Positions 1 to 10,645 of a DNA stretch of 64,000 bases are shown in pieces. The translations under genes and the position numbers were made by a program. Within the stretch, counting starts at the first letter, position 1. Each line of letters begins with the position of its first letter. The notes below the pieces were generated by a model, which saw only the letters and a list, made by a program, of their open reading frames with translations, ran no database searches and had not been told where the DNA came from. Origin of the DNA: an uncultured delta proteobacterium (lineage in GTDB: Bacteria; Desulfobacterota; Zymogenia; Zymogenales; Zymogenaceae); NCBI GenBank assembly GCA_963735595.1, contig CAVTLK010000002.1:1-64000 (forward strand), in the 5' to 3' direction.

Positions 1-1023
1 GACGTAGCGCGCCTCGGCGTGCTCGTCGTCGAGTTCGCGCACGACGATGTCGTCCCCCGGGCCCAGGTCGGTCCAGAGCGTCTTGGGCATCTGCTCGCGG
101 TTGTGCGCGATCAGCGCGTTCGCGGCGTCGAGGATCGTCTGCGTCGAGCGGTAGTTCTGCTCGAGCTTGACCGTCGCGACCTCGTCGAAGTCGTCCTCGA
201 AGTCGAGAATGTTGCGGATGTCGGCTTGACGAAAGCCATAGATCGCCTGCGCGTCGTCCCGACGACCATGAGGTTCCCGTGCTCCCCGGCGATCAGCTGG
301 AGCAGCACGTACTGCGCGTGGTTCGTGTCCTGGTACTCGTCGACGAGCACGTGGCGGAAGGTCGCCTGGTAGCGGGCGCGGACCTCGGGGAAGAGCGCGC
401 AGGACGTCGACGGTGCGGCCGAGCAGATCGTCGAAGTCCATCGCGTTCATCCGGTGCAGCGAGGACTCGTAGAGCTCGTAGGCGTCGGCGACCGTCTGCT
501 CGAAGTAGGACCCGACGAGCTCGCGGTAGCCGGCGGCGTCGCGCAGCTGGTTCTTGGCCGCCGAGATCTGGTGCTGGACGGCCGCGGGGGTGAAGCGCTT
601 GGGGTCCACCCCGAGCTCGTCGAGGCACTGCTTGACGAGCCGGCGGCTGTCGGACTGGTCGTAGATCGTGTACTGCCGCGTGTAGCCGAGCCGCGGCGCC
701 TCGGCGCGCAGGATCCGCGCGCACGCGCTGTGGAACGTCATCACCCACATCGCGCGCGTGGAGTGCCCGAGCAGCAGCTCGACGCGCTCGCGCATCTCCT
801 GCGCTGCCTTGTTCGTGAACGTGATCGCCAGGATCTCGCCCGGACGCGCGCGACCGGTCTGGATGAGCCAGGCGAGCCGGTGCGTGAGGACGCGCGTCTT
901 GCCCGATCCGGCGCCCGCGAGAACCAGCAGCGGGCCCTCGGGATGGGTGACGGCCTCCCGCTGGGGGTCGTTGAGGCCCTCGAGCAGGTGGGCGATGCGC
1001 TCGTCGGCTGCGGCGTCCGTCAT
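1..1023 (-). CDS. pcrA: ATP-dependent DNA helicase PcrA/UvrD, N-terminal part (runs off window; frameshifted)
   Basis: Hand translation from ATG 1023: [49 protein letters not shown]...[17 protein letters not shown]...VMTFHS; Walker [14 protein letters not shown] in ORF 111..350; indels near 250-430. Confidence 0.95.
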   Translation of the reverse strand, partial: MTDAAADERIAHLLEGLNDPQREAVTHPEGPLLVLAGAGSGKTRVLTHRLAWLIQTGRARPGEILAITFTNKAAQEMRERVELLLGHSTRAMWVMTFHSACARILRAEAPRLGYTRQYTIYDQSDSRRLVKQCLDELGVDPKRFTPAAVQHQISAAKNQLRDAAGYRELVGSYFEQTVADAYELYESSLHRMNAMDFDDLLGRTVDVLRALPRGPRPLPGDLPPRARRRVPGHEPRAVRAAPADRRGAREPHGRRDDAQAIYGFRQADIRNILDFEDDFDEVATVKLEQNYRSTQTILDAANALIAHNREQMPKTLWTDLGPGDDIVVRELDDEHAEARYV

Positions 1024-1060
1024 GGACCGTTCAGGGTACGACCGCGGGCGGCGGCGACGG

Positions 1061-1066
1061 TAGGCT
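1061..1066 (+). promoter_or_regulatory. -10 element (TAGGCT) 6 nt upstream of ATG 1073; leaderless-type promoter
   Basis: TAnnnT hexamer followed by cgcgcg-ATG, no Shine-Dalgarno. Confidence 0.55.
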
Positions 1067-1072
1067 CGCGCG

Positions 1073-1966
1073 ATGGCGCTGAGCCTCCCCGACGAGGTGC
1101 GCGAGTCCTGCGCGCGGATCGCTGAGCAGGCGCGCTCGGTCACGATCGACCTCGACGTCCTGGAGGCGCTCGAGCCGGGTCCGGCGCCGGCCGCGGACGC
1201 GGAGCGCCACCTGCTCGACGGGGCGCCGCAGGACGTCGCCGCGTACTTCCTCACGCTCGACACGATCAACTTCGGCTCGGGCTGGTTCCCGACGCTGCGC
1301 AAGCGGGTGGATCATCAGGGACGCCCGGTGTCCGGCTACTTCACCGTCGCGTGGTCGGTCGCCGACCGCTTCCGCGCCGCCGGGCCGTGGCCGAACGCCG
1401 AGCTGCGGGCGATGCGCACCGAGGAGATCGCCGACACGCTCGGCCAGCCGCGCGACCACGAGCTGATGGCCCTCTACGCCCAGGCGCTGCGCGACCTCGG
1501 CCGCTTCCTCGGCGAGCGGCGAGCGCTCGACCTCGTCACGGAGTCCCGCGGGTCGGCCGCCGCGCTCGCGCGGACGCTGGCGACCGGCATGGCGCTCTAC
1601 GACGACCGCGGCTTCTGGAAGCGCGCCCAGATCGTCCCGTCGAACCTCGCGCTGGCCGGCGTCGCCGAGTTCTCCGACCTCGACCGCCTGACGATCTTCG
1701 CCGACAACCTCGTCCCCCACGTCCTGCGCTGCGCCGGTGTCCTGGTGTATGCCGACGGGCTCGCCGCGCTCATCGACGCGGGCCGGCCGCTGCGCCCCGG
1801 GCCCCAGGAGCGCGAGATCCGCGCCTGCGCCGTCCACGCCTGCGAGCTCCTGTCCGCGCGAACGGGGCTTGCGCCCCGCGACATCGACGTGCGCCTGTGG
1901 ACCCGCGGCCAGGACCCGGACATCAAGGCCCGCCCGCGGCACCGCTGCCGCTGCGTGGCCTACTGA
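1073..1966 (+). CDS. Queuosine salvage protein (QNG1/DUF2419 family, queuosine 5'-phosphate N-glycosylase)
   Basis: Motifs LDTINFGSGW, SGYF, FWKRAQI, LTIFADNLVPHVLR, EREIRACAVHA, DVRLW, C-terminal [10 protein letters not shown]. Confidence 0.85.
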   Translation: MALSLPDEVRESCARIAEQARSVTIDLDVLEALEPGPAPAADAERHLLDGAPQDVAAYFLTLDTINFGSGWFPTLRKRVDHQGRPVSGYFTVAWSVADRFRAAGPWPNAELRAMRTEEIADTLGQPRDHELMALYAQALRDLGRFLGERRALDLVTESRGSAAALARTLATGMALYDDRGFWKRAQIVPSNLALAGVAEFSDLDRLTIFADNLVPHVLRCAGVLVYADGLAALIDAGRPLRPGPQEREIRACAVHACELLSARTGLAPRDIDVRLWTRGQDPDIKARPRHRCRCVAY

Positions 1967-2193
1967 TCGCCAGGCGCCGGGCGGCGGCCGATCGCGAACC
2001 AGGCGAGCGGGCCGATCCAGTTCACGAAGCACGCGAGCGTCCACGCCGTCCGGCTCCCGCGGATGCGCTCCTGCGGTGTCCGGCGAACGCTGATGATGGC
2101 CGCGAGGAAGAGCACGAGCTGCACGGCCGTCGCGCCGGCGACGCCGCGCTGCTGCCGCGGGGTGAGGTCGGACCAGCTGCGAGCGGTCGCCAC
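1960..2193 (-). CDS. Small membrane protein, PLDc N-terminal domain family
   Basis: GTG 2193; [13 protein letters not shown]...[46 protein letters not shown]. Confidence 0.75.
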   Translation of the reverse strand: MATARSWSDLTPRQQRGVAGATAVQLVLFLAAIISVRRTPQERIRGSRTAWTLACFVNWIGPLAWFAIGRRPAPGDQ

Positions 2194-2197
2194 GTGC

Positions 2198-2935
2198 TCA
2201 GCCGCCCGCCGGGTTGCGGCCCTTGACCGAGCGCAGCGGCCGGACGCGCGCGGGAGCCTCCTCGCCGCCGAGCTCGGCGAGGCGCTCCTCCAGCTCGCGA
2301 GCCGCGCCGACAGCTCGTTGATCGCGTCGGCGATCGGGTCGGGCAGGTGGATCCAGTCGGCGTCGGGCCCCTCGGCCTTGCGCCCCTCGACCCGCACCGA
2401 CGTGCCCGGGGTTGCCGACGACGGTGCGTTCTCGGGCACGTCGTCGATGCACGACGGTGTTGGCGCCGACCTTCGCCCCGTGCCCGACCGTGATCGGGCC
2501 CAGCAGCTTGGCGCCGGAGCCGATCGTCACGTTGTCCTCGATCGTCGGGTGGCGCTTGCCGCGTGGCGAAGCCGGTGCCGCCCAGGGTCACGCCCTGGTA
2601 GAGCGTCACGTCGTCGCCGATCTCCGCGGTCTCGCCGATCACGACGCCGGAGCCGTGATCGATGAAGAAGCCCGTCGCCGATGTCGCGCCGCCGGGTGGA
2701 TCTCGATGCCGGTCACCGCGCGGCTCACGTAGGCGATCGACCGCGGGACGACGGGACAGGCCGTTCTCCTGCAGCGCGTGCGCGACGCGGTGGGCGAGCA
2801 GCGCCTGGACGCCCGGCCAGCCGGTGAGGATCTCGAGCGAGGAGACGCCGCGCGCGGCGGGATCGCGCTCGTGCGCGGCGCGACGTCGCGCCGCAGCTCG
2901 CCGGCGACGCGGCGGAGGGTTCCGAAGCCGAGCAC
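2198..2935 (-). CDS. cysE: Serine O-acetyltransferase (frameshifted)
   Basis: Pieces in several frames: [92 protein letters not shown]. Confidence 0.92.
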
Positions 2936-2974
2936 GCGGGGAATCGTACCCGGGCGGCCGGGCCTGCTCGGCAG

Positions 2975-3918
2975 CTACCCCTGCGGGGCGAAGAACGGCG
3001 CGGAGATGTAGCGCTCGCCGGAGTCCGGCAGGACGCACGCGATGCGCTTGCCCGCGCGACTCCGGCCGCGCGGCGACCTGCATCGCGCCCCACAGCGCCG
3101 CGCCGCACGAGATCCCGGCCAGCACGCCCTCGCGCGAGGCCGCCAGCCGCGCGGTCTCGATCGCGGCCTCGTCGGGGACCGGGATGACCTCGTCGAGGAT
3201 CTCGCGGTTGAGCACCGCGGGCACGAACCCGGCGCCGATCCCCTGGATCCGGTGCGGCCCGGGCGAGCGGCCGGAGAGGACCGGCGCTGGACTGCGGCTC
3301 GACGGCGACGACGAGCGCCTCCGGGTTGTGCGCCTTGATCGCCTCGCCCACGCCGGTGATCGTCCCGCCGGTCCCGACGCCGGCGACGAGGACGTCGACC
3401 CTGCCGTCCATCGCGGCGATGATCTCCGGGCCGGTCGCCCGTCCGGTGCGCCTCGGGGTTGGCGGGGTTGGAGAACTGGTCCGGCAGGAAGTCGTCGGGC
3501 TCGGACGCCAGCGCGCGGGCGGCGTCCACGGCCTCGTTCATCCCGCCGAGCGACTCGACGACCTCGACCGTCGCGCCGTACATGCGCAGCAGCGCCTCGC
3601 GCTCGCGGCTCATGCCCTGCGGGCAGGAAGATCCGCAGGTCGTACCCGCGCGCGGCGCAGACGAACGCGAGCGCGATCCCCGTGTTGCCGGAGGTCGCCT
3701 CGACGATCGTCGTGCGCCCGGGCTCGATCAGCCCGTCGCGCTCGGCGGCCTCGATCATCGCGACGCCGATCCGGTCCTTCACCGACCCGCCCGGGTTGAG
3801 CGCCTCGAGCTTCCCGAACAGCTCGACCCCGTCGGCGTCCGGGCCCAGCAGCCTGGCCGAGCTGCACCATCGGGGTGCCGCCGACGAGATCGGCAATGTT
3901 GATCGGGATTGGGGCCAT
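2975..3918 (-). CDS. cysK: Cysteine synthase A (frameshifted)
   Basis: [24 protein letters not shown] (PLP lysine), [41 protein letters not shown]. Confidence 0.95.
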
Positions 3919-3982
3919 TGGGCCCCGCCGAGACTAGAGCACGCGGCCGACGGCGCAGGCGGCCGGGCGTCAGCCGCCGCCG

Positions 3983-4162
3983 TCAGGCGCTGGGGCGGTC
4001 CCACTCCTCGGCGTACACCACGTGCGCGGGGTTCACGACGATCCGCTTGCCCTTGCGATCGGCGGCGATCATCCGGTCCTCGGCCATCAGGCGCTCGACC
4101 TCCGCGAGGTCGAGGTCGCTCGCGAGCCATTCTCCGTCGGCGAAGACGAGGCGCGTTCCCAT
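3983..4162 (-). CDS. Small hypothetical protein (59 aa; not in ORF track)
   Basis: [61 protein letters not shown]3-rich codons. Confidence 0.65.
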   Translation of the reverse strand: MGTRLVFADGEWLASDLDLAEVERLMAEDRMIAADRKGKRIVVNPAHVVYAEEWDRPSA

Positions 4163-4194
4163 GCCGGGGATGCTCGCGCAGCGGCCGGACGCGG

Positions 4195-4347
4195 TCAGCC
4201 GTTGCAGCGCAGCAGGCGGTCGCGCAGGTCGCGGTGCGAGGTCGATGCGGGGACGGTGCCGAGCGGCGGGCGGCGGCGAGCGCCGCAGGCGAGCGGCATC
4301 GCGACGGTGGTCTGCGTGCGGCTGGAGTCGGTGGCGGTGGAGGTCAT
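4195..4347 (-). CDS. Putative leaderless small ORF (50 aa)
   Basis: [56 protein letters not shown] -10 hexamer 6 nt upstream of ATG. Confidence 0.4.
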   Translation of the reverse strand: MTSTATDSSRTQTTVAMPLACGARRRPPLGTVPASTSHRDLRDRLLRCNG

Positions 4348-4415
4348 GGGTGGAACGTATGGCGCTGGGTGCGCGCTTGTGTGAAGCGCGGCACGGAGCG
4401 GTCGGCGGTCACCGA

Positions 4416-6279
4416 TCAGGTGCCGATGGGCTCGTCGCCGAGCAGGACGTCGACGTCGAGCGGGTTGACGGTGAGGTCGCCGGCGACGCTCGCCTGGTCG
4501 CCCCGGTAGCTGACGCCGCCGTAGGCCGGATCGGTGGGGTCGGCAGACCGCCGAGCGTGCCCGTCAGGCCGCTCCCCCGGATGACGTCCGCCAGGTCGCC
4601 GGGCGCGTCCGAGCCGCACGGCACCGACGACGGGCCGTTGCCCTCGGCGAAGTTCGGGTAGCGCTCGGCGTCGACGAACGGCAGGCTCGTGTTCCCGTCG
4701 GTGGCGAGCACGCCGCCGGTCACGGCCTGCGCCGCCCCGCCGGCGGTGACCTGCGCCGCCGTCGGCGCGAGCGCGGCGGCCGCGTCGCTGAACCCGCCCG
4801 CATACGCGTTGTAGGGCTTGGCCGGGAAGAGGCAGGCGCTGAGCGCGATGCGGTCCGGGCTGTTCACGTCGGACTGCACGGTCGCCTTGGCGATCCGCAC
4901 GCGCCCGTCCTTCATGATCGCGGGCGCGATCCGCAGGCTCCCCGTGAGCCGCACGCCCGGGATGTAGTTCTGCACGGCGCCGGTGACGACCTGGCGGCAC
5001 TGGAAGTAGGCGGCGGGCAGGTGCTCGCCCTCGACGAGGCCGGGCTGCCGGAAGACGTCCTGGTCGACGATCCGCGCGATCGCGTTGATCTTCGTCATGA
5101 GGTTGACCGTCACGTCGATCGCCGTGTCCTTGCCGGGGATGTTCCCGAACAGGTTGGCCTGGCCGCCGGAGTACCCGAGCGTCGTGTCCTGCGAGCCCTG
5201 CGCGGTCGTCAGGCCGCCGGGCGTCGTCGCGGTGCCCGTGCTCATGTTCACGGAGACCCCGCCGGGGGCGATCCCGAGGCTGAGGGCGGTCGTACGCAGG
5301 ACGGTGTCGCCGCGTCCGGAGGTCAGGCCCGCCGGCGCCGAGCCGCTCGGGAACGGCGTCGATGTTCGGGCCGATCCAGTCGTTGTTGCCGGTGATGCCG
5401 CCGGCCTGGATGCGCGAGGGCGCGTCGACACCCGGGCGCACCGGCAGGAACACGCCGCTCGGCGCGCCGCCCGACGGTGACGACGGGGTACCCGGGAAGC
5501 CCGCTGCCGGTGCCGGCGCCGAAGTCGTAGGGGGCGCCGTGGAACAGCGCCTTGTAGCCCGGGCCCGCCGGCGCGCCGGCGAACGTCCCGCCCTCACCGG
5601 CGCTCGTCGCCCAGTCGCCGCAGCCCTGGTCGCCCGCCGGGCCGTCGGCGTAGGACTGCAGGGCGGCGAGGTCGCCGCCGGGGCGGGCGAGCGACGCCAG
5701 CCAGTTGGCGTCCGAGCGCGTCGCCGGGTCGGCGATCGCGTCGTTCCACAGCAGCGGGACCGACGAGGTCTGGAGCGTCTTGTCGCCCGGGAGCAGCTTG
5801 ATGGTGACGTTGCCCAGGGACCCACCGTCGTAGGTGTCCTGGAACTCGACGACCGCGCCGAGCGCACCGGAGATCACGACCTGGCGGGACCCGAGTGACG
5901 GGCCGAGGTTGATGCTGGCCGTCGGGAGCGTGCGCTGGTTGAGCGCGGTGCCCTGGGTCAGGCAGTTCTGGCCGCCGCCCGGGGCGGGGTTCTGCCCGTT
6001 CTCGGTCATGCACGCGTTGCGCAGGCGGATCGTGACGGGCAGCTGGAAGTTCACGAGCGCCGCTCGGCGCAGGAACGAGCGCCGGCGCAGGGCCGCCGGG
6101 CTGCGCCGCAGCTCGCGCCGCAGCTGCCGGCGCACCACCGCCTTGCGCGCCGCCGCCTTGCGCGCGGAGGATGCCTGGTGCTTGCCCGCGGCTGAGCGCT
6201 CGGCGGCGGGCGCCGCGGAGACGGGCGCGAGGGACGCGACGAGCGCGACGAGGAGGAGCGGCGAGGAACGGCGGAGCAC
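4416..6279 (-). CDS. Large secreted hypothetical protein (~620 aa, frameshifted)
   Basis: Signal peptide MLRRSSPLLLVALVASLAPVSAAPA, Arg-rich segment, then Gly/Thr/Asp-rich beta-type sequence spread over ORFs 5323..6345, 4416..5867 and 4409..5431. Confidence 0.75.
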
Positions 6280-6379
6280 ACGGAGCCATCGGCCGCCGGG
6301 CGGCGGCGTTGGAGCGCGGCGGCGCGTGCTCGCACATCCGTCCACCCCTGTGCGGGGCTGTGCGTGAGGGTCGGCGAGC

Positions 6380-6770
6380 CTAGATGTAGTACATCGCCTG
6401 GCCGGCGTCCGAGCGCTCGCGGTCGATCACGTCCTGGATCGACGTCTGCTCGAGGACGGCGCGCGCGGCCTGGGCGGCCTCGGCGAAGACGCCGGTGCTG
6501 TCGCGGCCCAGCGGGCCGTCGAGCAGCTCCACGACCTCGAGCACCGTGATCGACGCCGGGCTCGCGGGCGAACGAGTAGCCGCCCTTCACGCCGCGCTGG
6601 CTCTTCAGCAGCCCCGCACGCCGGAGCGTCGCGAACAGCTGCTCCAGGAACTGCGTGGGGATGTCCCGCCGGCGCGCCAGCTCCCCGATCGGGACCGGGC
6701 CCTCGCCGGCCTGCCCCAGCTCGGTCAGCGCCTGGATCGCGTAGGGGGACTTGGTGGTGATCGAGATCAT
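6380..6770 (-). CDS. Rrf2-family transcriptional regulator, CymR-like (one frameshift)
   Basis: ITTKSPYAIQAL...FLEQLFATLRRAGLLKSQRGVKGGY...ITVLEVVELLDG...MYYI; no Fe-S cysteines; upstream of cysK-cysE. Confidence 0.9.
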
Positions 6771-6799
6771 CGGCCGGCTCTACTCTCGACGGCGATCCT

Positions 6800-7183
6800 A
6801 TGGCACGCCCCGGAGCGCTCTCCCGCTACGCGCCGCCGCTGGCGCTCATGGCGCTCATCTTCGTCCTCAGCGCGCAGCCGGGCCTGTCGAGCGGGCTCGG
6901 GACGATCGACCTCGTCGGCCGCAAGCTGATCCACATGGCGGAATTCGGCCTGCTCTTCCTGCTCTGGCTGCGGGCGCTGGGGCGGCGGCGGCCCGCCGTC
7001 GCGGCGGCGATCGCGATCGGCTACGCGATCACCGACGAGCTGCACCAGACGACGGTGCAGGACCGCAGCGGCAGCCCGGTGGACGTCCTGATCGACGCCA
7101 CCGGGGTGGCGGTCGCCTGGCTGCTCTGGCGGGCCCGCGTCAGTCGGCGTGCTCGCGGACGACGAGCACCGGCCGGTCGGTGA
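6800..7183 (+). CDS. VanZ family membrane protein
   Basis: MALIFVLSAQP, RKLIHMAEFGLL, YAITDELHQ...RSGSPVDVLID. Confidence 0.85.
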   Translation: MARPGALSRYAPPLALMALIFVLSAQPGLSSGLGTIDLVGRKLIHMAEFGLLFLLWLRALGRRRPAVAAAIAIGYAITDELHQTTVQDRSGSPVDVLIDATGVAVAWLLWRARVSRRARGRRAPAGR

Positions 7184-7568
7184 GGTGCAGCAGCTTGTGC
7201 GGCGTCGCGCCCAGGAGCGCGCCGGCGATCGGCCGCTCGCCGGCACCGCCGACGACGATCATGCGGGCGTCGCGCTCCTCGGCGACGCGCACGAGCCCGT
7301 CGGCCGGGCGATCGTCGATCAGCAGCGCCTCGTAGTCGCTGAAGCCGAGCTCGGCGAGCCGCTCCTCGGCCTCCTGCACGATCTGCGCGCCGAGTTCGCG
7401 CACGGCGGCGCGCTGGTCGGCGACCTCACCGGCCTCGCGGGCCGGCGGCTCGTAGCTGAAGACCACGCCGACCGAGGCGCCCAGGTCGCGTGCGAGGCGC
7501 ACGACCTCGACGAGCGCGGCGTGCGAGCCGGCGCTGCCGTCGTAGCCGAGGATGAGCTCATTCTTCAC
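7140..7568 (-). CDS. Universal stress protein
   Basis: LILGYDGSAGSHAAL, MIVVGGAG, LLGATPHKLLHLTDRPVLVV; GTGA overlap with upstream permease. Confidence 0.92.
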   Translation of the reverse strand: MKNELILGYDGSAGSHAALVEVVRLARDLGASVGVVFSYEPPAREAGEVADQRAAVRELGAQIVQEAEERLAELGFSDYEALLIDDRPADGLVRVAEERDARMIVVGGAGERPIAGALLGATPHKLLHLTDRPVLVVREHAD

Positions 7569-9322
7569 GACGTTCCCTCCTGACGCTCCACCGGCGCCTC
7601 GAGCGCGACCTCATGCGGGACGACGAGCCGGCGCCGCTCGAAATACGGCTTCGGGCGCAGGACGCGCCACAGGACCATGATGATGACGCCGACGCCGAGC
7701 GCGCCGAGGCCCATGACGAGCGCCGGGGTCACGCCCAGCCAGGTGTCGCCGCTGGAGCTGTTGCCCGGATCGGCGAGGTCGAGCAGCGAGCGCACGAGCA
7801 CGTAGCCGAGCAGGACGGCCCCGACCAGCGGCGCGATCCCCAGGAAGGCGGCCGCCTTGACCGTCGTGCGGCCCGCGAGCAGCACGAGGACGAGCGCGAC
7901 CAGCAGCGCGAGCCCCACCCACGTGAGCGCGCCGAAGACCCCGCCCCAGTCCTCGTAGTCGCCCACGCCGCCGATGAGCAGCAGCGCCCCGCCGGCCACG
8001 AGCAGGCCGATCGACAGGGCGATCCACGGCCCGGGCCGCAGGATCTCGCGACGGTAGAAGATGAAGCACGACACGCCGTTGATCGCGTAGTAGAAGGCGA
8101 TCAGCAGGCTCAGCGCCTGGAGCGAGTCGAACAGCGTCCCCTGCGCCAGCAGATTCAGCGGCACGTACCAGGCCGCCGCCAGCAGGCCGACGGCGATCGT
8201 CGAGAAGACGGGCGTGAACCAGCGCGGGCTGACCTCGCCGAAGGCCTGCGGCAGCGCCGCCTGGCGCGCCATCGAGAGCGAGGTCCGTGACGCCGGCAGG
8301 ATCGTCGTCTGGGTCGAGGCGAGCGCTGAGGTGAGGACGGCGAGGATCACGAGTTTGGCCAGCGGCTCGCCGAGGATCGAGCCGGCGAGGTCGTCGAAGA
8401 GCCCCGACTCGATCCCCTGCGCGTCGGCGGACTCGAACGCGGGCAGGCCCGCGTAGGCGAGCAGCGCGGTCGCGAGCAGGACGTAGAGCACGACGAGCAG
8501 GACGGTCGCGACGATCCCGGCGCGCCCGGAGTCGTCCGAGTCCTCGCTCTCCTCGTTGAGGGTCAGCGAGGACTCCCAGCCCCAGTAGATGAAGACGCCG
8601 ATGAGCAGCCCGGCCGTGAGCCCGGTGGTCGACGAGATGTCCCATGGCAGGAACCAGTCGAGCGAGAACCCCGGTGGCTGCATGAGGATCGACTCCTCGC
8701 CGATCGCCACGGGTGCGGTGCTCACGTCACCGAGCGCGACCTTGACGATCGCGACGACCGCGAGCAGCACGAGACCGAGGATCTGCACGGCTCCGAGAAC
8801 GACCTGCACGTTCGCCGAGATCTCCGTGCCGATCACGCAGATCGCCGTGGTGAGCGCGATGTACGCCACCGCGAGCGCGGTGATCGCGCCGACGGACTCC
8901 GCCGCGGAGTCCATGCCCAGGATGCTGTACGTGTAGATCGCGGCGACGTCGGCGAGCGACCCGATCACCAGCACGCCCGTCATGCAGACCGCCCAGCCGG
9001 AGATCCAGCCGCTCCACGGCCCGAGCGCGTTCGTCACCCACGTGAACGTCGTGCCGCAGTCCGGATCGGCGCGGTTCATGTAATAGAAGCTCGCCGCGAT
9101 GAAGAACATCGGGACGAAGGAGACGATCAGCGACGCCGGTGCCTGCACCCCCACGGCGACGACGATCCCCGAGAGCACCGCGGCGAGCGAGTACGCCGGA
9201 GCGGTCGAGTTGATCCCGATGACGAGTGTCGAGAAGAAGCCGAGGCCCTTCTTCAGGCCCTTGTCCTCGACCTCCATGATCGGGTGATGGTCACCCGGCA
9301 CCACGACTGATGCAGCCTCCAC
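7565..9322 (-). CDS. APC-family amino acid permease
   Basis: GINSTAPAYSLAA, PDCGTTFTWVT, VFIYWGWESSLTLNEES, many TM helices. Confidence 0.92.
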   Translation of the reverse strand: MEAASVVVPGDHHPIMEVEDKGLKKGLGFFSTLVIGINSTAPAYSLAAVLSGIVVAVGVQAPASLIVSFVPMFFIAASFYYMNRADPDCGTTFTWVTNALGPWSGWISGWAVCMTGVLVIGSLADVAAIYTYSILGMDSAAESVGAITALAVAYIALTTAICVIGTEISANVQVVLGAVQILGLVLLAVVAIVKVALGDVSTAPVAIGEESILMQPPGFSLDWFLPWDISSTTGLTAGLLIGVFIYWGWESSLTLNEESEDSDDSGRAGIVATVLLVVLYVLLATALLAYAGLPAFESADAQGIESGLFDDLAGSILGEPLAKLVILAVLTSALASTQTTILPASRTSLSMARQAALPQAFGEVSPRWFTPVFSTIAVGLLAAAWYVPLNLLAQGTLFDSLQALSLLIAFYYAINGVSCFIFYRREILRPGPWIALSIGLLVAGGALLLIGGVGDYEDWGGVFGALTWVGLALLVALVLVLLAGRTTVKAAAFLGIAPLVGAVLLGYVLVRSLLDLADPGNSSSGDTWLGVTPALVMGLGALGVGVIIMVLWRVLRPKPYFERRRLVVPHEVALEAPVERQEGTS

Positions 9323-9393
9323 GCGCGCCTCCCACGGCTGACGGACGGGGTGACCGTACCGGAAGGCGTGGGCGGCGGTTGGAGAACGACCGC

Positions 9394-9480
9394 CGGTCCT
9401 GTGGGAGAACGATCAGGCCGCGCCTACGGCGCGGGCGGTCCTGTGGGAGAACGATCAGACCGCGCCTACGGCGCGGTCTG
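9394..9480. repeat. Two tandem 42-bp units, each with a GC hairpin (REP-like / terminator)
   Basis: cggtcctgtgggagaacgatcagRccgcgcctacggcgcgg at 9394 and 9436; second unit forms perfect cagaccgcgcc-tac-ggcgcggtctg stem. Confidence 0.85.
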
Positions 9481-9499
9481 TCCTGCCAGGGGGCCGTGC

Positions 9500-10587
9500 C
9501 TAGAGCCAGCCGCGCTCGGTCGCGATCAGCACGGCCTGTGCGCGGTCGACCGCGCCGAGCTTGCCGTAGATGTTGTGCAGGTGCGTGCGCACCGTGCTCG
9601 TGGAGAGCTCGAGCTCGTGGGCGATCTGCTTGTAGACCTTGCCCTCGGCCAGGCGCTTGAGCACCTCGACCTCGCGGCCGCTGAGCGGGCACGGGTCGAC
9701 CTGGCGGACGCGGCCGGTGGACGGGAACGGCAGGTCGTACATGACGCTGCGCAGCTCCTCCGGGCCGAGGCCGATCGCGCGGGCGCAGCGCAGCATCTCG
9801 GTCGGCGACACGGCGCCGCCCTGGGCGTAGTGGGCGAGCATGTCCGCGAGGCGGACGAACGCGGTCTCGTCGCTGGCGTCCTCGGCGTGGTGACGCTCGA
9901 TGACGGACGCGACGGACTTCGGCAGGCCCCAGCGGCGCGCGAGGACGCCGCCGACGAGGGCGTGGTCGACGCCGAGCTCGCGGCGCTCGCGGTGGATGCG
10001 CTCCTCGGGCGTGCGGGCGCCCTGGTGCACCTGCTGCGGGTAGCCCGGGTAGGCGTGCATGAGGACGAGCTTGCCGATGTCGTGCAGCAGCGCGGTGACC
10101 ATCAGGCGGTCGCGGTCCTCGTAGCCGACCTCGGCGGCGAGGCGCTCGGCGGCGCGCTGCGTGGCGACGCCGTGCAGGCGGAAGCGCTCGGGCGCGGCCT
10201 CCCAGACGGTGGAGCGCTCGAAGAAGTCGAAGGTCCGGGCGCGGGCGGCGACGGACTGCACGGCCTCGGGCGAGAGGACCTCGGTGGCCTGGACGATCGA
10301 CTCGACCCGGCCGCGGGTGCGGCCCTCGATCTGGTTGGCGACGCGCAGGACGGCGATGACGAGCGCGACGTCGCTCTCGACGGCGGCGACCATCTCGCTC
10401 GATGTTGGTGCGCTCCTCGCCCACGATCCGCAGGACGCGGTCGCGGGACTCGGCGAGGGCCGGGAAGTTCTCGAGCGCCTCGAAGGCGGCCGTCAGGCGG
10501 CGACCGTGGCCTTCGTTGTGGCGGCGCGCGGCATCGGCGGGCGGATCTGCGGCGCGCAGGGACGGGGCGTGATGCGGCCTGGGGCAT
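9500..10587 (-). CDS. HDOD domain protein with C-terminal LuxR-type HTH (frameshifted at N-terminus)
   Basis: FPALAES, VESDVALVIAVLRVAN, ALLHDIGKLVL, GVDHALVGGVLARRWGLP...ERHH; LSGREVEVLKRLAEGKVYKQIAHELELSTSTVRTHLHNIYGKL. Confidence 0.9.
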
Positions 10588-10645
10588 GAGTGGGAATTCC
10601 GTTCGGGAAGGAGGTTCGCGGTCGCGGGGATGCGACTCACCATCC

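Noticed and set aside
2022..4661. Long Arg/Pro/Ala-rich ORFs (2022..4130, 2662..4509, 3909..4661 and similar)
   Set aside because: Shadow ORFs of high-GC DNA and mosaics of frameshifted cysK/cysE
9394..9480. Possible mini-CRISPR
   Set aside because: Only two abutting units, no unique spacers, no cas genes
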